Positions 49,417 through 59,841 of a stretch of DNA of 64,000 nucleotides are shown piece after piece. Made by a program: the position numbers and the translations under genes. Location: NCBI GenBank assembly GCA_963776285.1, contig CAVZLW010000003.1, positions 312,129-376,128 of the forward strand. Reading direction: 5' to 3'. The notes beneath the pieces were generated by a model. The model was not told the origin of the DNA. It saw only the letters and a list, made by a program, of their open reading frames with translations, and did not search any database. Within the stretch, counting starts at the first letter, position 1. Every line of letters starts with the position of its first letter. Origin of the DNA: an uncultured Chloroflexia bacterium (lineage in GTDB: Bacteria > Chloroflexota > Limnocylindria > Limnocylindrales > CSP1-4).

Positions 49417-51657
49417 ATGTCGATCGAGCAGCTCCCCGCCGCGGCTCAGCCGCCGGCCGAACCGCCGGCCGCGAAGCCGCGCCGTCCGTCGTCGGGGCGC
49501 CGCGAGCGCACCGACCAGCGACCGTTGCCGGTCCTGCGCCGGGACCTGCTCGCCGCGGTCGCCGCCGCGACGCCCGGCGCCGACACGGCATCCGTCGGCC
49601 GTGCCTTCGACTTCGCGGTCATCGCCCACGAGGGCCAGGTGCGCGCCACCGGCGACGCCTACGTCACGCACCCGATCGCGGCCGCCTTCACCCTGGCGGA
49701 GCTCGGCCTCGACACGACGGCCATCGAGGCGGCGCTCCTCCACGACGTGCCGGAGGACACGGAGTACAGCCTGGCCGACATCGAGGACCGCTTCGGGGCT
49801 GAGGTCGTCCAGCTCGTCGACGGCGTGACGAAGCTCTCGAAGTTCTCGACCCACTCTCACGAGGAGCAGCAGGCCGAGAACATTCGAAAGATGCTGCTGG
49901 CGATGGCCCAGGACATCCGGGTCGTCCTGATCAAGCTCGCGGATCGACTGCACAACATGCGGACGCTGGGGGGCCTCCCGCCGGACAAGCAGCAGCGGAT
50001 CGCCCGCCAGACGATGGAGATCTACGCGCCGCTCGCGGAGCGGCTCGGCATCTGGCAGGTGAAGTGGGAGCTGGAGGACCTCTCCTTCAAGGCGCTCGAC
50101 CCGGAGCGCTACCGGGAGCTCGCCACGAACCTCGACGGGCGCCGCAACCACCGCGAGACGTACATCGACCGGGCCATGGCGGCCCTTTTGCCCGAGCTCG
50201 CAAAGGCCGGCATCGAGGCCGACCTGAACGGCCGGCCGAAGCACCTCTACAGCATCTGGAAGAAGATGCAGCGCAAGGCGGCTGCCTTCGGCGAGATCTA
50301 CGACGTCTACGCCATCCGGCTGCTGGTCGACGAGGTGCGCGACTGCTACGCGGCCCTCGGCGTGGTCCACAGCATCTGGAAGCCGATCCCCGGACAGTTC
50401 GACGACTACATCGCAGTCCCCAAGCCGAACGGCTACCAGAGCCTCCACACGGCGGTCATCGCGCTCGACGGCAAGCCGCTGGAGATCCAGATCCGGACGC
50501 ACGCGATGCATGCCGTGAGCGAGGTGGGGATCGCCGCGCACTGGCGCTACAAGGAAGGCTCCCGGGCCGAGCGCGACTACGACGCGAAGCTCGCCTGGCT
50601 GCGCCAGCTGATGGACTGGCAGCGCGAGGTCTCCGACGCTCGCGAGTTCGTCGAGGGCATCAAGCTCGACATCTTCCAGGACCAGGTCTTCGTCTTCACG
50701 CCGAAGGGCGACATCAAGGATCTGCCGGCCGGCGCGACGCCACTCGACTTCGCCTACCGGATCCACACCGACGTCGGCCACCGGACGATCGGGTCGAAGG
50801 TGAACAACCGCCTCGTCCCGCTCGACTACCGGCTCCGCAACGGCGACATCGTGGAGATCGTGACGACGAAGGCCGAGCACGGACCCTCCCGCGACTGGCT
50901 GTCGATCGTCCGCACGTCGCATGCCCGCGAAAAGATCCGCCAGTGGTTCAAGAAGAAGGACCGCGACGAGAACATCGTCCACGGCAAGGATGCCCTCGAG
51001 CGCGAGCTCAAGCGTCTCGCCCGGACGACCATCGCCGCGATCGGGCACGACCGGCTTCTCGAGGTGGCCAGGCACCACAACCAGGAGTCCCTGGACGACT
51101 TCTACGCCTCGATCGGCTACGGCGCGATCTCGGCCCAGTCGGTGGTCATGAAACTGGGCGTCGTCGACGACAGCCAGCTCGCCCTGCCCGCGACGGCCCC
51201 GACGCCGCCGCGCACGGGCGGCGTCCGGGTCAAGGGCGTGGGCGACCTGCTCGTGCGCTTCGGCAAGTGCTGCCACCCGATCCCCGGCGACCCGATCGTC
51301 GGGTTCATCACCCGTGGCAAGGGCGTGACGGTCCACCTCAACCGCTGCCCGACGGTCGTCAACGAGCGCGAGGTCGCGCGGCTCATCGACGTCGAGTGGG
51401 AGGCGGCACCCGCGCAGACGTACCCGATCGCGATCCGCGTCGAGGCGCACGACCGGACGGGCCTCCTGAACGACATCGCCGGCGCGGTTGCCGAGAGCAA
51501 GGTCAACATCGTGGCCGCGAACGTGTCGGTGACCCAGGACCACACCGCGATCGTGGTTGCGACGCTCCAGGTGGCCTCGGTCACGCAGCTGGCCCGGGTC
51601 ATGGGGCGGATCGAGCAGGTGAAGGACGTGCTCTCGGTCCAGCGCGACCTCGGCTGA
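49417..51657 (+). CDS. relA: bifunctional (p)ppGpp synthetase/hydrolase Rel (RelA/SpoT homolog)
   Basis: HD hydrolase motifs (...HPIAAAF..., ...LLHDVPEDT...), synthetase domain (...YDVYAIRLLV..., ...GYQSLHTAV...), TGS and C-terminal ACT regions. Confidence 0.9.
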   Translation: MSIEQLPAAAQPPAEPPAAKPRRPSSGRRERTDQRPLPVLRRDLLAAVAAATPGADTASVGRAFDFAVIAHEGQVRATGDAYVTHPIAAAFTLAELGLDTTAIEAALLHDVPEDTEYSLADIEDRFGAEVVQLVDGVTKLSKFSTHSHEEQQAENIRKMLLAMAQDIRVVLIKLADRLHNMRTLGGLPPDKQQRIARQTMEIYAPLAERLGIWQVKWELEDLSFKALDPERYRELATNLDGRRNHRETYIDRAMAALLPELAKAGIEADLNGRPKHLYSIWKKMQRKAAAFGEIYDVYAIRLLVDEVRDCYAALGVVHSIWKPIPGQFDDYIAVPKPNGYQSLHTAVIALDGKPLEIQIRTHAMHAVSEVGIAAHWRYKEGSRAERDYDAKLAWLRQLMDWQREVSDAREFVEGIKLDIFQDQVFVFTPKGDIKDLPAGATPLDFAYRIHTDVGHRTIGSKVNNRLVPLDYRLRNGDIVEIVTTKAEHGPSRDWLSIVRTSHAREKIRQWFKKKDRDENIVHGKDALERELKRLARTTIAAIGHDRLLEVARHHNQESLDDFYASIGYGAISAQSVVMKLGVVDDSQLALPATAPTPPRTGGVRVKGVGDLLVRFGKCCHPIPGDPIVGFITRGKGVTVHLNRCPTVVNEREVARLIDVEWEAAPAQTYPIAIRVEAHDRTGLLNDIAGAVAESKVNIVAANVSVTQDHTAIVVATLQVASVTQLARVMGRIEQVKDVLSVQRDLG

Positions 51658-51748
51658 CGGGCACGCCGGGAGCCTGGCCCCCGGGTGCCTTCGAACCGCC
51701 GCGCCGGCGCCGGAAGGCCACGGGCCCCGGCCGCTAGACTCTCCATCG

Positions 51749-53029
51749 ATGCCCGCCTTCCGCGCTCCCAGGGGCACCCGCGACCTCCTCCCGCCGGACC
51801 GCGGGGCGTTCGCGCGCCTCGAGCGGATCGCCCGCGACCTCGCCGCGCGCTACGGCTACCGCGAGATCGAGACGCCGCTCTTCGAGCAGGGCGCCGTCTT
51901 CGAACGCGGCATCGGCGCGGCGACAGACGTCGTGGAGAAGGAGCTGTTCCGCGTCGCGCCGACCCGCGGCGAGGAGCGCGAGCGCTGGGCGCTCCGGCCC
52001 GAGGCGACGGCTGGCATCTGCCGCGCCTACGTCGAGCACGGGATGCAGACCTGGCCGCAGCCGGTGAAGCTCACGCTCACGGGCCCGATGTTCCGCTACG
52101 ACCGGCCGCAGGCCGGCCGCTACCGCCAGTTCTGGCAGTGGGACGTGGAGGCGATCGGGGACGCGGGGCCGGCCGTCGACGCGGAGCTCATCGAGCTCGG
52201 TGCCCGCTTCTACCGGGAGGTCGGCCTCGACGACGTCGAGATCCTGCTCAACTCGATCGGCGACCCCGTCTGCCGGCCGGCCTACGTCGCCGAGCTCGCG
52301 TCGTACTTCGGGCGCCACGAGGCGGAGCTGCCCGGGCTGGAGCGGCGACGGCTGGCGACGAACCCGCTGCGCCTCCTCGACTCCAAGGAGCCCGCGATGG
52401 CGGCGCTCCAGGCGGCCGCGCCGCGGATCACGGACCGGCTGTGCGACGCGTGCTCGGCGCATCTCGCGGCCGTGCGGGCGCACCTCGACGGCATGGGCAT
52501 CGCCTACCGGATCGAGCCCGGGCTGGTCCGGGGCCTCGACTACTACACGCGCACCGCCTTCGAGTACTACCGCCGCGGATCGACGGGCCAGCAGCAGGCC
52601 CTCGGCGGCGGCGGCCGCTACGACGGCCTCGTCCAGCTGCTCGGCGGCAGGCCGACGCCCGGGATCGGCTTCGCGCTCGGCCTGGACCGGGTGGTCCTGG
52701 CCCTCGAGGCCGCCGGCGCCGCGGTGGTGCCGCACGTCGCGCCGATCGCGGTCGTCGTCGGCGTCGACGCGGCCGACACGGCGGGGCGGCTGGCCGTCGC
52801 GACGCGCCTGCGGGATGCGGGGCTCGCGGTCCACGCCGACCTGTCGAGGCGGAAGCTCGGACGCCAGCTCGAGGGGGCCGTGCGTGACGGCGCGCACTAC
52901 GCGGTGATCCTCGGGGACGAGCTGGCCGCGGGCGACGTTCAGTTGCGGGACCTCGACGCCGCCTCGCAGAAGCCGGTGCCGCTGGCGGACCTGGCGGCTC
53001 TCCTGCGCCGCAAGACGCCGCCGGGCTGA
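51749..53029 (+). CDS. hisS: histidyl-tRNA synthetase
   Basis: ...GTRDLLP..., ...FRYDRPQAGRYRQFWQWDVEAIG..., ...GGGRYDGL..., class II aaRS motifs and anticodon-binding C-terminus. Confidence 0.9.
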   Translation: MPAFRAPRGTRDLLPPDRGAFARLERIARDLAARYGYREIETPLFEQGAVFERGIGAATDVVEKELFRVAPTRGEERERWALRPEATAGICRAYVEHGMQTWPQPVKLTLTGPMFRYDRPQAGRYRQFWQWDVEAIGDAGPAVDAELIELGARFYREVGLDDVEILLNSIGDPVCRPAYVAELASYFGRHEAELPGLERRRLATNPLRLLDSKEPAMAALQAAAPRITDRLCDACSAHLAAVRAHLDGMGIAYRIEPGLVRGLDYYTRTAFEYYRRGSTGQQQALGGGGRYDGLVQLLGGRPTPGIGFALGLDRVVLALEAAGAAVVPHVAPIAVVVGVDAADTAGRLAVATRLRDAGLAVHADLSRRKLGRQLEGAVRDGAHYAVILGDELAAGDVQLRDLDAASQKPVPLADLAALLRRKTPPG

Positions 53030-53047
53030 TCCGGCGCAGCGGCCGCC

Positions 53048-53071
53048 GGCGACACCGCGCAGGGTGTGGCG
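53048..53071. repeat. perfect tandem duplication of a 12-bp unit (cgcagggtgtgg x2, followed by a degenerate third copy) about 100 bp upstream of a small Cys-rich ORF; candidate operator or regulatory repeat
   Basis: cgcagggtgtgg at 53048-53059 and 53060-53071, then gcgacacgcagg. Confidence 0.5.
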
Positions 53072-53174
53072 CAGGGTGTGGGCGACACGCAGGTCCGGGC
53101 GGTTGACGGAAGGGGCACAATCGAGCCATCACGGGCCGCGTCCCACTCGGTCCTGACCGGCACGAGGAAGCGCC

Positions 53175-53447
53175 ATGCAGGTCCCCAGCCCGTTCCCCGC
53201 CAGCGTCCTTCGCGCGCCCTCGCCCACGGCCACGTGCACGTGCGAGCACTGGATCCACTGCGACCACGCCTGCCACGGGAGGAACTGCGACCCGTCGGAG
53301 AATGCCTGCGACGTGGCGTTCATACCCGACGAGGGGGGCCTCGCGCCATGGGGCTGTCCCGACTGCACGCCCGGCGAAGGAGCGCCCCACTACCTGGGCT
53401 GCGAGCTGATCGGATGGAACGTTCCCGTCCGCCCTGACGCCTGGTAG
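53175..53447 (+). CDS. small Cys/His-rich hypothetical protein (90 aa, 9 Cys, 5 His; putative metal-binding)
   Basis: ATG 53175 with AGGAAG 5 nt upstream. ...TCTCEHWIHCDHACHGRNCDPSENACD...WGCPDCTPGEGAPHYLGCELIGWN... Good third-position GC bias. Overlapping alternative-frame ORFs are arginine-rich and rejected. Confidence 0.35.
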   Translation: MQVPSPFPASVLRAPSPTATCTCEHWIHCDHACHGRNCDPSENACDVAFIPDEGGLAPWGCPDCTPGEGAPHYLGCELIGWNVPVRPDAW

Positions 53448-53493
53448 CCCGGACGCTCGATCGCTTCGGTCGAGCCGCTACCATGACGCGGCC

Positions 53494-55359
53494 ATGACCG
53501 AATCCACCCGGAGCCTCGCAACCCCGTATCGCAGCCACACCTGCGGCGCCCTTCGCGCCCTCGACCAGGGCACCCAGGTCCACCTGGCCGGCTGGGTCCA
53601 CCGCCGCCGCGACCACGGCCAGCTCGTCTTTCTCGACCTCCGCGACCGCCACGGGATCACCCAGGTGGTCGTGGACGCCGCGGACGAGCCGGAGGCCCAC
53701 GCGGCCGCCGCCCGCTGCCGCAACGAGTTCGTCGTCTCCGTGGCCGGGACGGTCGCCCGCCGCCTGTCCGGGATGGAGAACGCCCGGCTGCCGACCGGGG
53801 AGATCGAGGTGCGGGCGCGCCAGCTCGCCATCCTGTCCGAGGCGAAGACGCCGCCGTTCTACATCAACGAGCCCGACGCGCCCGTCGACGAGGCGGTACG
53901 GCTCACGTATCGCTACCTCGACATCCGCCGCGAGCCGATGCTGCGGCGCCTCCTGCTGCGCTCGAGGCTGGTCTCCGAGATCCGGCGGGTCCACGAAGCG
54001 CACGGCTTCGTGGACATCGAGACGCCGATCCTGATCAAGAGCACGCCCGAGGGCGCCCGCGACTTCATCGTCCCGTCGCGGCTCCAGCCTGGAACGGTTT
54101 TCGCCCTGCCGCAGAGCCCGCAGCAGCTCAAGCAGCTGCTCATGGTCGCGGGGATGGACCGCTACTACCAGATCGCCCGCTGCTTTCGCGACGAGGATCT
54201 CCGCGGCGACCGCCAGCCGGAGTTCACGCAGCTCGATCTCGAGATGAGCTTCGTGACCGAGGACACCGTCATGGACTTCGTGGAAGCGATGGCGATCGCG
54301 GTCACGCGGGCCGTCACGCCGGATCGTCAGATCCAGCAGGTGCCGTTCCCGCGCTTCACGTACGAAGAGGCGCTCGAGCGGTTCGGATCCGACAAGCCGG
54401 ACGTGCGCTTCGGCATGGAGCTGGTCGATCTCGCCCCCGTCCTTCTCGATCCCGACGGAAGGCCGGCCTCCGGCTTCCGGGTCTTCGACGAGACGCTCGG
54501 ATCGGGCGGGCGGGTGAAGGCGATCGTCGTGCCGGGGATGGCATCCGCGAGCCGGAGCCAGGTCGACGAGCTGACCGAGACGGCGCGGCGCTTCGGCGCG
54601 CGCGGCCTCGTCCACCTCGCCGTGGCGGCAGACGGGATCCATGGGCCGACAGTCAAGTTCCTCGGCGCCGACCGGGTCCGGGCGATGGCCGACAGGGCAG
54701 GGGCGGGCGAGGGCGACCTCCTCCTGGTCATCGCGGACACGCCGGCGGTCGTGGCCGACGTCCTGGGGCGGCTGCGGGCGGAGCTCGGGACCCGCCTCGG
54801 CCTCGCGGACCCGGATGTGCTCGCGTATTGCTGGGTCCACCAGTTCCCGATGTACGAGTGGGACGAGGAGCGCCTTGGCTGGCACGCCACCCACAATCCG
54901 TTCTCCGGCGTCGTGCCGGAGGATGAGCCGCTCCTGGTCACCGCCTCGGGCGACCCGTACCGGCCCTCGCCCGAGGACCCGGCGGGGCGCGCGCGCGCCA
55001 TGCAGTACGACATCGCGCTCAACGGCTGGGAGCTGGGCGGCGGCTCCGTGAGGATCCACCGCCGGGACCTCCTCGAGAGGAGCTTCGCGCTGCAGGGCCA
55101 CGACCGCGCGGCGATGCACGACAAGTTCGGGGGGATGCTCGAGGCGTTCGACTACGGTGCGCCACCGCATGGGGGCATCGCGCTGGGCATCGATCGCTGG
55201 GCCATGATCCTCGGCTATCAGGCGAACATCCGCGAGGTGATGGCCTTCCCCAAGACGTCCTCGGGAACGGACCTGATGCTGGACGCGCCGTCGGCCCCGG
55301 ATCCGGGCCAGTACGCCGAGCTCGGCCTCCGTTTCGTGGGCGTGCCGGAGAAGGCCTGA
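53494..55359 (+). CDS. aspS: aspartyl-tRNA synthetase
   Basis: N-terminal OB-fold (...VHLAGWVHRRRDHGQLVFLDLRDRHG...), class II motifs (...FRDEDLRGDRQPEFTQLDLEMSF..., ...GGGSVRIH...). Confidence 0.9.
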   Translation: MTESTRSLATPYRSHTCGALRALDQGTQVHLAGWVHRRRDHGQLVFLDLRDRHGITQVVVDAADEPEAHAAAARCRNEFVVSVAGTVARRLSGMENARLPTGEIEVRARQLAILSEAKTPPFYINEPDAPVDEAVRLTYRYLDIRREPMLRRLLLRSRLVSEIRRVHEAHGFVDIETPILIKSTPEGARDFIVPSRLQPGTVFALPQSPQQLKQLLMVAGMDRYYQIARCFRDEDLRGDRQPEFTQLDLEMSFVTEDTVMDFVEAMAIAVTRAVTPDRQIQQVPFPRFTYEEALERFGSDKPDVRFGMELVDLAPVLLDPDGRPASGFRVFDETLGSGGRVKAIVVPGMASASRSQVDELTETARRFGARGLVHLAVAADGIHGPTVKFLGADRVRAMADRAGAGEGDLLLVIADTPAVVADVLGRLRAELGTRLGLADPDVLAYCWVHQFPMYEWDEERLGWHATHNPFSGVVPEDEPLLVTASGDPYRPSPEDPAGRARAMQYDIALNGWELGGGSVRIHRRDLLERSFALQGHDRAAMHDKFGGMLEAFDYGAPPHGGIALGIDRWAMILGYQANIREVMAFPKTSSGTDLMLDAPSAPDPGQYAELGLRFVGVPEKA

Positions 55360-55547
55360 ACGAGCGCGGGCTCCGCGCCCGGGTGGACGCCACGGGCGGG
55401 ACAGCCGGTCGCGGAAGGCGCGCCGGCGGCCGGCGGGAGGATTCCCGGCTCGGTCCAACGCCGCGCGGGCATGCTTGCCGGGCGCCGCCACAATGGTTCG
55501 GGGACGCCCCCGTTGGTGCTCCCGGGCCCGGACAGGAGGACCGCGCG

Positions 55548-55934
55548 ATGAGCAGCCAGTTCGTCGTCCAGCTCGAGAACCAGCCCGGCGCGTTCGCCGG
55601 GCTGGCCCGCGCCCTTGCCGCCCGGGGGATCGACATCCGCGAGATCTCCGGTGGCGGGACCGGTGAGCAGGCGTACGTGATCCTGACCACCTCCGACGAC
55701 GCGGCCACGCGGAACACCCTGCGCTCGGGTGGCTACCCCTTCGTGGAGGGCGAGACGCTCGTCGTCGCGGTGGAGGATCGGCCCGGCGGCCTTGCGGCCG
55801 TCGCGGAGAAGCTGGCAGCGGCGGGCGTCGACATCCGTGGCGTCCTCTTCGTCGGCCGGGCCGATGGCCAGGTCGAGACGGCGTTCTCCGTCGACGACGT
55901 GGCGCGCGCCCGGAGGGCCCTCGGCCTCGAATGA
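55548..55934 (+). CDS. ACT-domain protein (tandem small ACT-like regulatory domains)
   Basis: ATG 55548 with CAGGAGGA upstream. ...FVVQLENQPGAFAGLARALAARGIDIREIS... and ...LVVAVEDRPGGLAAVAEKLAAAGVDIRGV... Confidence 0.7.
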   Translation: MSSQFVVQLENQPGAFAGLARALAARGIDIREISGGGTGEQAYVILTTSDDAATRNTLRSGGYPFVEGETLVVAVEDRPGGLAAVAEKLAAAGVDIRGVLFVGRADGQVETAFSVDDVARARRALGLE

Positions 55935-56046
55935 CGAGCCGGCTCGCCCGGAGGGCGGGGTCGCGTGTGGGCGGGCCGCCCCACGCGCCTGGGCGCCGAG
56001 CATAGGTTCAGGGTGCCGGCCGTCCAAGCGTGCCCGCGGCTCAGGC

Positions 56047-56757
56047 TCAGGGGGCCGCGGCGACCTTCTCGAGCATGGCCAGCCAGGCCGCGACCATGCG
56101 CACCTGCTGGTCGCTCCGCGACACTGTCGCTGGCGGGTCGTTGGGCTGGCCGGTGTACCAGCCGCACTGCTCGTGGTTCCCACCCTCGATCCGGTCGTAG
56201 GCGGTGGCGGCAGGCAGCCGCGCCTGCGTCGCCGGGTCCTCGATCTTGGGTGCAGCCGCGTCGAGCGAGCCGTACACGGAGGAGACGACGAGGCCGCTCC
56301 TGGAGAGGTCGGCGTCACTGTAGGCGCCGCACAGCGCGAGGCCGGCGACCTTCGTCGTGTGGTCCGCGGCGTACTGGGCCGCCATCGCCCCGCCGAGCGA
56401 GTGCCCGCCGATGGCCCAGTGCCGGATCTCCGGGTGCGCCGCGATCACGCCGTCGGCTGCCGCGACGTCGAGGATCGCCAGGTTGAGCGGCATCGGCACG
56501 ACCACGACGAGGTAGCCCTGCTCCGCGATCGCCCGCGCGCCGGGAGCGTAGCCCGCGGCAGGCACGTTGGCTCCCGGATAGAGGATCAGCCCGGTGGTGG
56601 GCGGCGTCCCCGTCCCGGTGAAGGTGAGACCCGTCGGCTCGTCGGCGAACGTGGCGGCCGCGGTCGAGGCGAGCGCCGCCGTCGCCTCGGGAAGGAGGGG
56701 CTGCGGGCGAAGGAACCAGGCCATGCCACCGACGAGCGCGACGACGAGCACGGCCAC
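56047..56757 (-). CDS. membrane-anchored alpha/beta hydrolase (lipase/esterase-type GxSxG)
   Basis: N-terminal signal-anchor RRRTVVLGVVAVLVVALVGGMAWF (true start probably upstream of 56757). ...IGGHSLGGAMAAQYA... nucleophile elbow. Confidence 0.7.
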   Translation of the reverse strand: MAVLVVALVGGMAWFLRPQPLLPEATAALASTAAATFADEPTGLTFTGTGTPPTTGLILYPGANVPAAGYAPGARAIAEQGYLVVVVPMPLNLAILDVAAADGVIAAHPEIRHWAIGGHSLGGAMAAQYAADHTTKVAGLALCGAYSDADLSRSGLVVSSVYGSLDAAAPKIEDPATQARLPAATAYDRIEGGNHEQCGWYTGQPNDPPATVSRSDQQVRMVAAWLAMLEKVAAAP

Positions 56758-57061
56758 GACGCCCAGGACGACGGTTCGCCGGCGTGGCCGGCCGCGTCGC
56801 CCAGGGGCGGCCGGTGCTGCGACCGGCTCGGATGGGGTGGCGGCGACGACGGCCGTCGCGGGCGGGGCCGGTGCTGCCGGGGGCCCGGCGGCCGGCGCGT
56901 CGCCGGCTGCTGAGGTGCCGGGCCGCCGGCGGCAGGACGTCGGGCTCGGCCGCCCCCGGATCGGGTGATCCGGGTTCGATCGGGTCGGGCGGCTCCATGG
57001 GTCCGGTCATCGAGTGCTCTCCGGCCACGCAAGGCGGATGCCGTTGGGGCGCCGCACGTCT

Positions 57062-57736
57062 CTAGTCGATCGTCCGCACGGGCGCGGGTGGCTCGTCGGG
57101 TCCGGCGGCCGCCGGGGAGCCCCAGTCGTGGTGGTGTGCCGCGGCGGGCTCGGGAGGCGCCTCGAACGGGGGCAGGTCGTCCCGCGGCGTGTCGAGGTCG
57201 TGGGTCGCGCCCGGGTCACCGACCTCCACGAGCCGGCCCCCGACCGTGGTCATGAGCGCATCCACCAGGGGGCCGGGCATGAGCGCCGGGTCCAGGCCGC
57301 GGAGGGTCTCGAGGTGCGCGGTCGGGACGAGCGCGGGCCAGCCAGCCTCGCCGCGGAACGCCGGCCGCAGGACCGTCGCCCGGTCCACGCCGTGCGCCTC
57401 GATGAGCGAAGTCACCGTCTCGGCGTCGAGCCAGCCCATGCGGGAGGGCAGGACGAGCGCGGCGTCGGTGCCGTCAACCTCCGATGTGGCGACGTCGATG
57501 CCGCGGCAGATCTGCCCCACCGGACCGCTCTCCGGCCGCGCCGGCGCCGCGAGGACGGCCGGCGAGCCCGCCACGGCGGTCGCGACGGCGCCATCCGGGT
57601 CGAAGGAGACCAGGACGATCGGGAAGGCCCCGCCGGCCCACGCGGTGGCCACGAGCCGACGGGCGTTGGGGACGCCGCCCACCTCGCGCAGGGCGGACTC
57701 GGGGCTGGCGGCGAGGACGACGGCGGCGACGGTCAT
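57062..57736 (-). CDS. MobA-like nucleotidyltransferase-domain protein
   Basis: MTVAAVVLAASPESAL...VGGVPNARRLVATAWAGGAFPIVLVS... resembles the NTP_transf_3 N-terminus. Divergent from typA. Confidence 0.55.
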   Translation of the reverse strand: MTVAAVVLAASPESALREVGGVPNARRLVATAWAGGAFPIVLVSFDPDGAVATAVAGSPAVLAAPARPESGPVGQICRGIDVATSEVDGTDAALVLPSRMGWLDAETVTSLIEAHGVDRATVLRPAFRGEAGWPALVPTAHLETLRGLDPALMPGPLVDALMTTVGGRLVEVGDPGATHDLDTPRDDLPPFEAPPEPAAAHHHDWGSPAAAGPDEPPAPVRTID

Positions 57737-57841
57737 GTCGCGATGCTAGCAGGGCGCCCGGGCGCGCCGCGCCCCCGGAGTCCAGGTCCGCCGAGCGTGC
57801 GGATCGCGCCTCTGCCCACGATGTGCGACGATCAACCGCCC

Positions 57842-59812
57842 ATGACCGACCAGGAGCCCCGCCCCGCCGTGCCCATCGCCCCCCCGGGCCCCGTCCCCGT
57901 CGCGCCGAGCGACGCCCTCGGTGGCGGGGCGTCCGCTGCCCGGGCGGACCTCCGCAACGTCGCGATCGTGGCCCACGTCGACCACGGCAAGACGACCCTC
58001 GTCGACGGGATCCTCCGCCAGACGGGCGCCTTCCGGGCGAACCAGGCCGTCGTGGACCGGGTCATGGACTCCGGCGACCTGGAGCGCGAGAAGGGCATCA
58101 CGATCCTGGCCAAGCAGACGACGGTCGACTACGCCGGGATCCGCATCAACATCGTGGACACGCCGGGCCACGCCGACTTCGGGGGCGAGGTCGAGCGCAG
58201 CCTGAACCTCGTCGACGCCGTGCTGCTCCTCGTGGACGCCGCCGAAGGCCCGCTGCCCCAGACCCGCTACGTGCTGCAGAAGGCGATGGCCCGGCGCCTC
58301 CCCGTGGTCGTGGCCCTCAACAAGATCGATCGGGGAGACGCCCGCCCGGCAGAGGTGCTCGACGACGTCTACGAGCTGTTCATGGACCTCGGCGCCGACG
58401 CGCACCAGATCGAGTTCCCGATCGTCTACACGAACGCCAAGGCGGCGACGGCCACGCGCGACCTTGCCGTCCCCGGGGCCGACCTGCGGCCGCTCCTCGA
58501 CCTGCTCGTGGAGATCACCCCGCCGCCGGCGTACATGCCCGACCACCCGCTCCAGCTGCTGGTCACCAACCTCTCGGCCAACGACTACGTGGGGCGGATG
58601 GCGATCGGGCGGGTGGTCAACGGGAGCATCCGGGTCGGCCAGCGGATCGTGGTCGTCCGCGAGGAGCCGGAAGACCCGTCGGGCGCCGTGGAGCCGGGCC
58701 GGACCATCACGCTCTCGGGCACGGTCACCAGCCTCCAGACCGCCCATGGGATCGAGCGCGTCGACATCGAGGCGGCGGGCCCGGGCGACATCGTGTCGGT
58801 CGCCGGGCTCCCCGAGGTCACGATCGGCGACACCCTGACCGACCCGGCCGACCCCAGGCCGCTGCCCCGGATCGAGGTCGACGAGCCCACCCTGCGGATG
58901 ACGTTCGGCGTCAACACCTCGCCCCTGTCGGGGCGCGAGGGGAAGTACGTGACGACCCGGCACCTGCGCTCCCGGCTGGAGCGCGAGGTCCTCGGCAACG
59001 TCGCGATCCAGTTCTTCCCGACCGAGACCGGCGACACCTACGAGGTGCGGGGGAGGGGAGAGCTGCAGCTGGCCGTCCTCGTCGAGCAGATGCGCCGCGA
59101 GGGCTACGAGCTGCAGGTGAGCCGCCCCGAGGTGATCCTGCACACGGCGGGCGGCCGGGTCCAGGAGCCGTACGAGCGGATCACCATCGACATCCCGCCC
59201 GACTACATCGGCGAGATCCAGACCGCCCTTGCCGGCCGCAAGGGCCGCCTCGAGCAGATGTCGACCGACGCCGACGGACGCGTCAGGATGGAGTTCGTCC
59301 TCCCCGTCCGCGGCCTCATCGGCTACCGCGGCCAGCTTCTCACGGAGACGCGGGGGACCGCGCTCCTGCACCAGATCGGCGAGGGCTACGGGCCCTGGGC
59401 GGGCGAGGTGACGCACCGCACGAACGGCGTGCTCGTGGCCGACCGCGCGGGGACGTCGAACGCGTACGGGCTCTTCGGCCTGCAGGATCGCTCCGAGCTC
59501 CTGATCGGCGCCGGCGTGGAGGTCTACGAGGGCATGGTCGTCGGCGAGAACGCCCGCTCCGGCGACATGGACGTCAACGTCACCAAGGAGAAGAAGCTGA
59601 CGAACATCCGGACGCACGCCCACGACGAGGCGCTGCGCCTGACGCCGCCCCGGCCGATGACCCTCGAGACCGCCATCGAGTTCATCGGCGAGGACGAGCT
59701 GGTGGAGGTCACCCCGAGCTCGATCCGGCTCCGGAAGCGGCTGCTGTCCATGCACGACCGGCGTCGCCAGGCCGGCCAGCGCGAGGACGCGCGCCGCGCC
59801 GACGACCGCTAG
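57842..59812 (+). CDS. typA: translational GTPase TypA/BipA (about 40-aa Pro-rich N-terminal extension)
   Basis: ...[17 protein letters not shown]... (G1), ...[14 protein letters not shown]... (G3), ...NKIDR... (G4), EF-G-like domains III-V. Confidence 0.9.
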   Translation: MTDQEPRPAVPIAPPGPVPVAPSDALGGGASAARADLRNVAIVAHVDHGKTTLVDGILRQTGAFRANQAVVDRVMDSGDLEREKGITILAKQTTVDYAGIRINIVDTPGHADFGGEVERSLNLVDAVLLLVDAAEGPLPQTRYVLQKAMARRLPVVVALNKIDRGDARPAEVLDDVYELFMDLGADAHQIEFPIVYTNAKAATATRDLAVPGADLRPLLDLLVEITPPPAYMPDHPLQLLVTNLSANDYVGRMAIGRVVNGSIRVGQRIVVVREEPEDPSGAVEPGRTITLSGTVTSLQTAHGIERVDIEAAGPGDIVSVAGLPEVTIGDTLTDPADPRPLPRIEVDEPTLRMTFGVNTSPLSGREGKYVTTRHLRSRLEREVLGNVAIQFFPTETGDTYEVRGRGELQLAVLVEQMRREGYELQVSRPEVILHTAGGRVQEPYERITIDIPPDYIGEIQTALAGRKGRLEQMSTDADGRVRMEFVLPVRGLIGYRGQLLTETRGTALLHQIGEGYGPWAGEVTHRTNGVLVADRAGTSNAYGLFGLQDRSELLIGAGVEVYEGMVVGENARSGDMDVNVTKEKKLTNIRTHAHDEALRLTPPRPMTLETAIEFIGEDELVEVTPSSIRLRKRLLSMHDRRRQAGQREDARRADDR

Positions 59813-59841
59813 CACCGGAGCGGCAGGGCTACCATCCGACC

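Noticed and set aside
47437-51777. 1446-aa minus-strand ORF
   Set aside because: Antisense to murE and relA, both strongly supported. Asp/Arg/Gly low-complexity translation.
56315-57028. 237-aa minus-strand ORF overlapping the alpha/beta hydrolase gene in another frame
   Set aside because: Arg/Gly/Pro-rich. The co-located frame with the GHSLGG lipase motif and a signal-anchor is the real gene.
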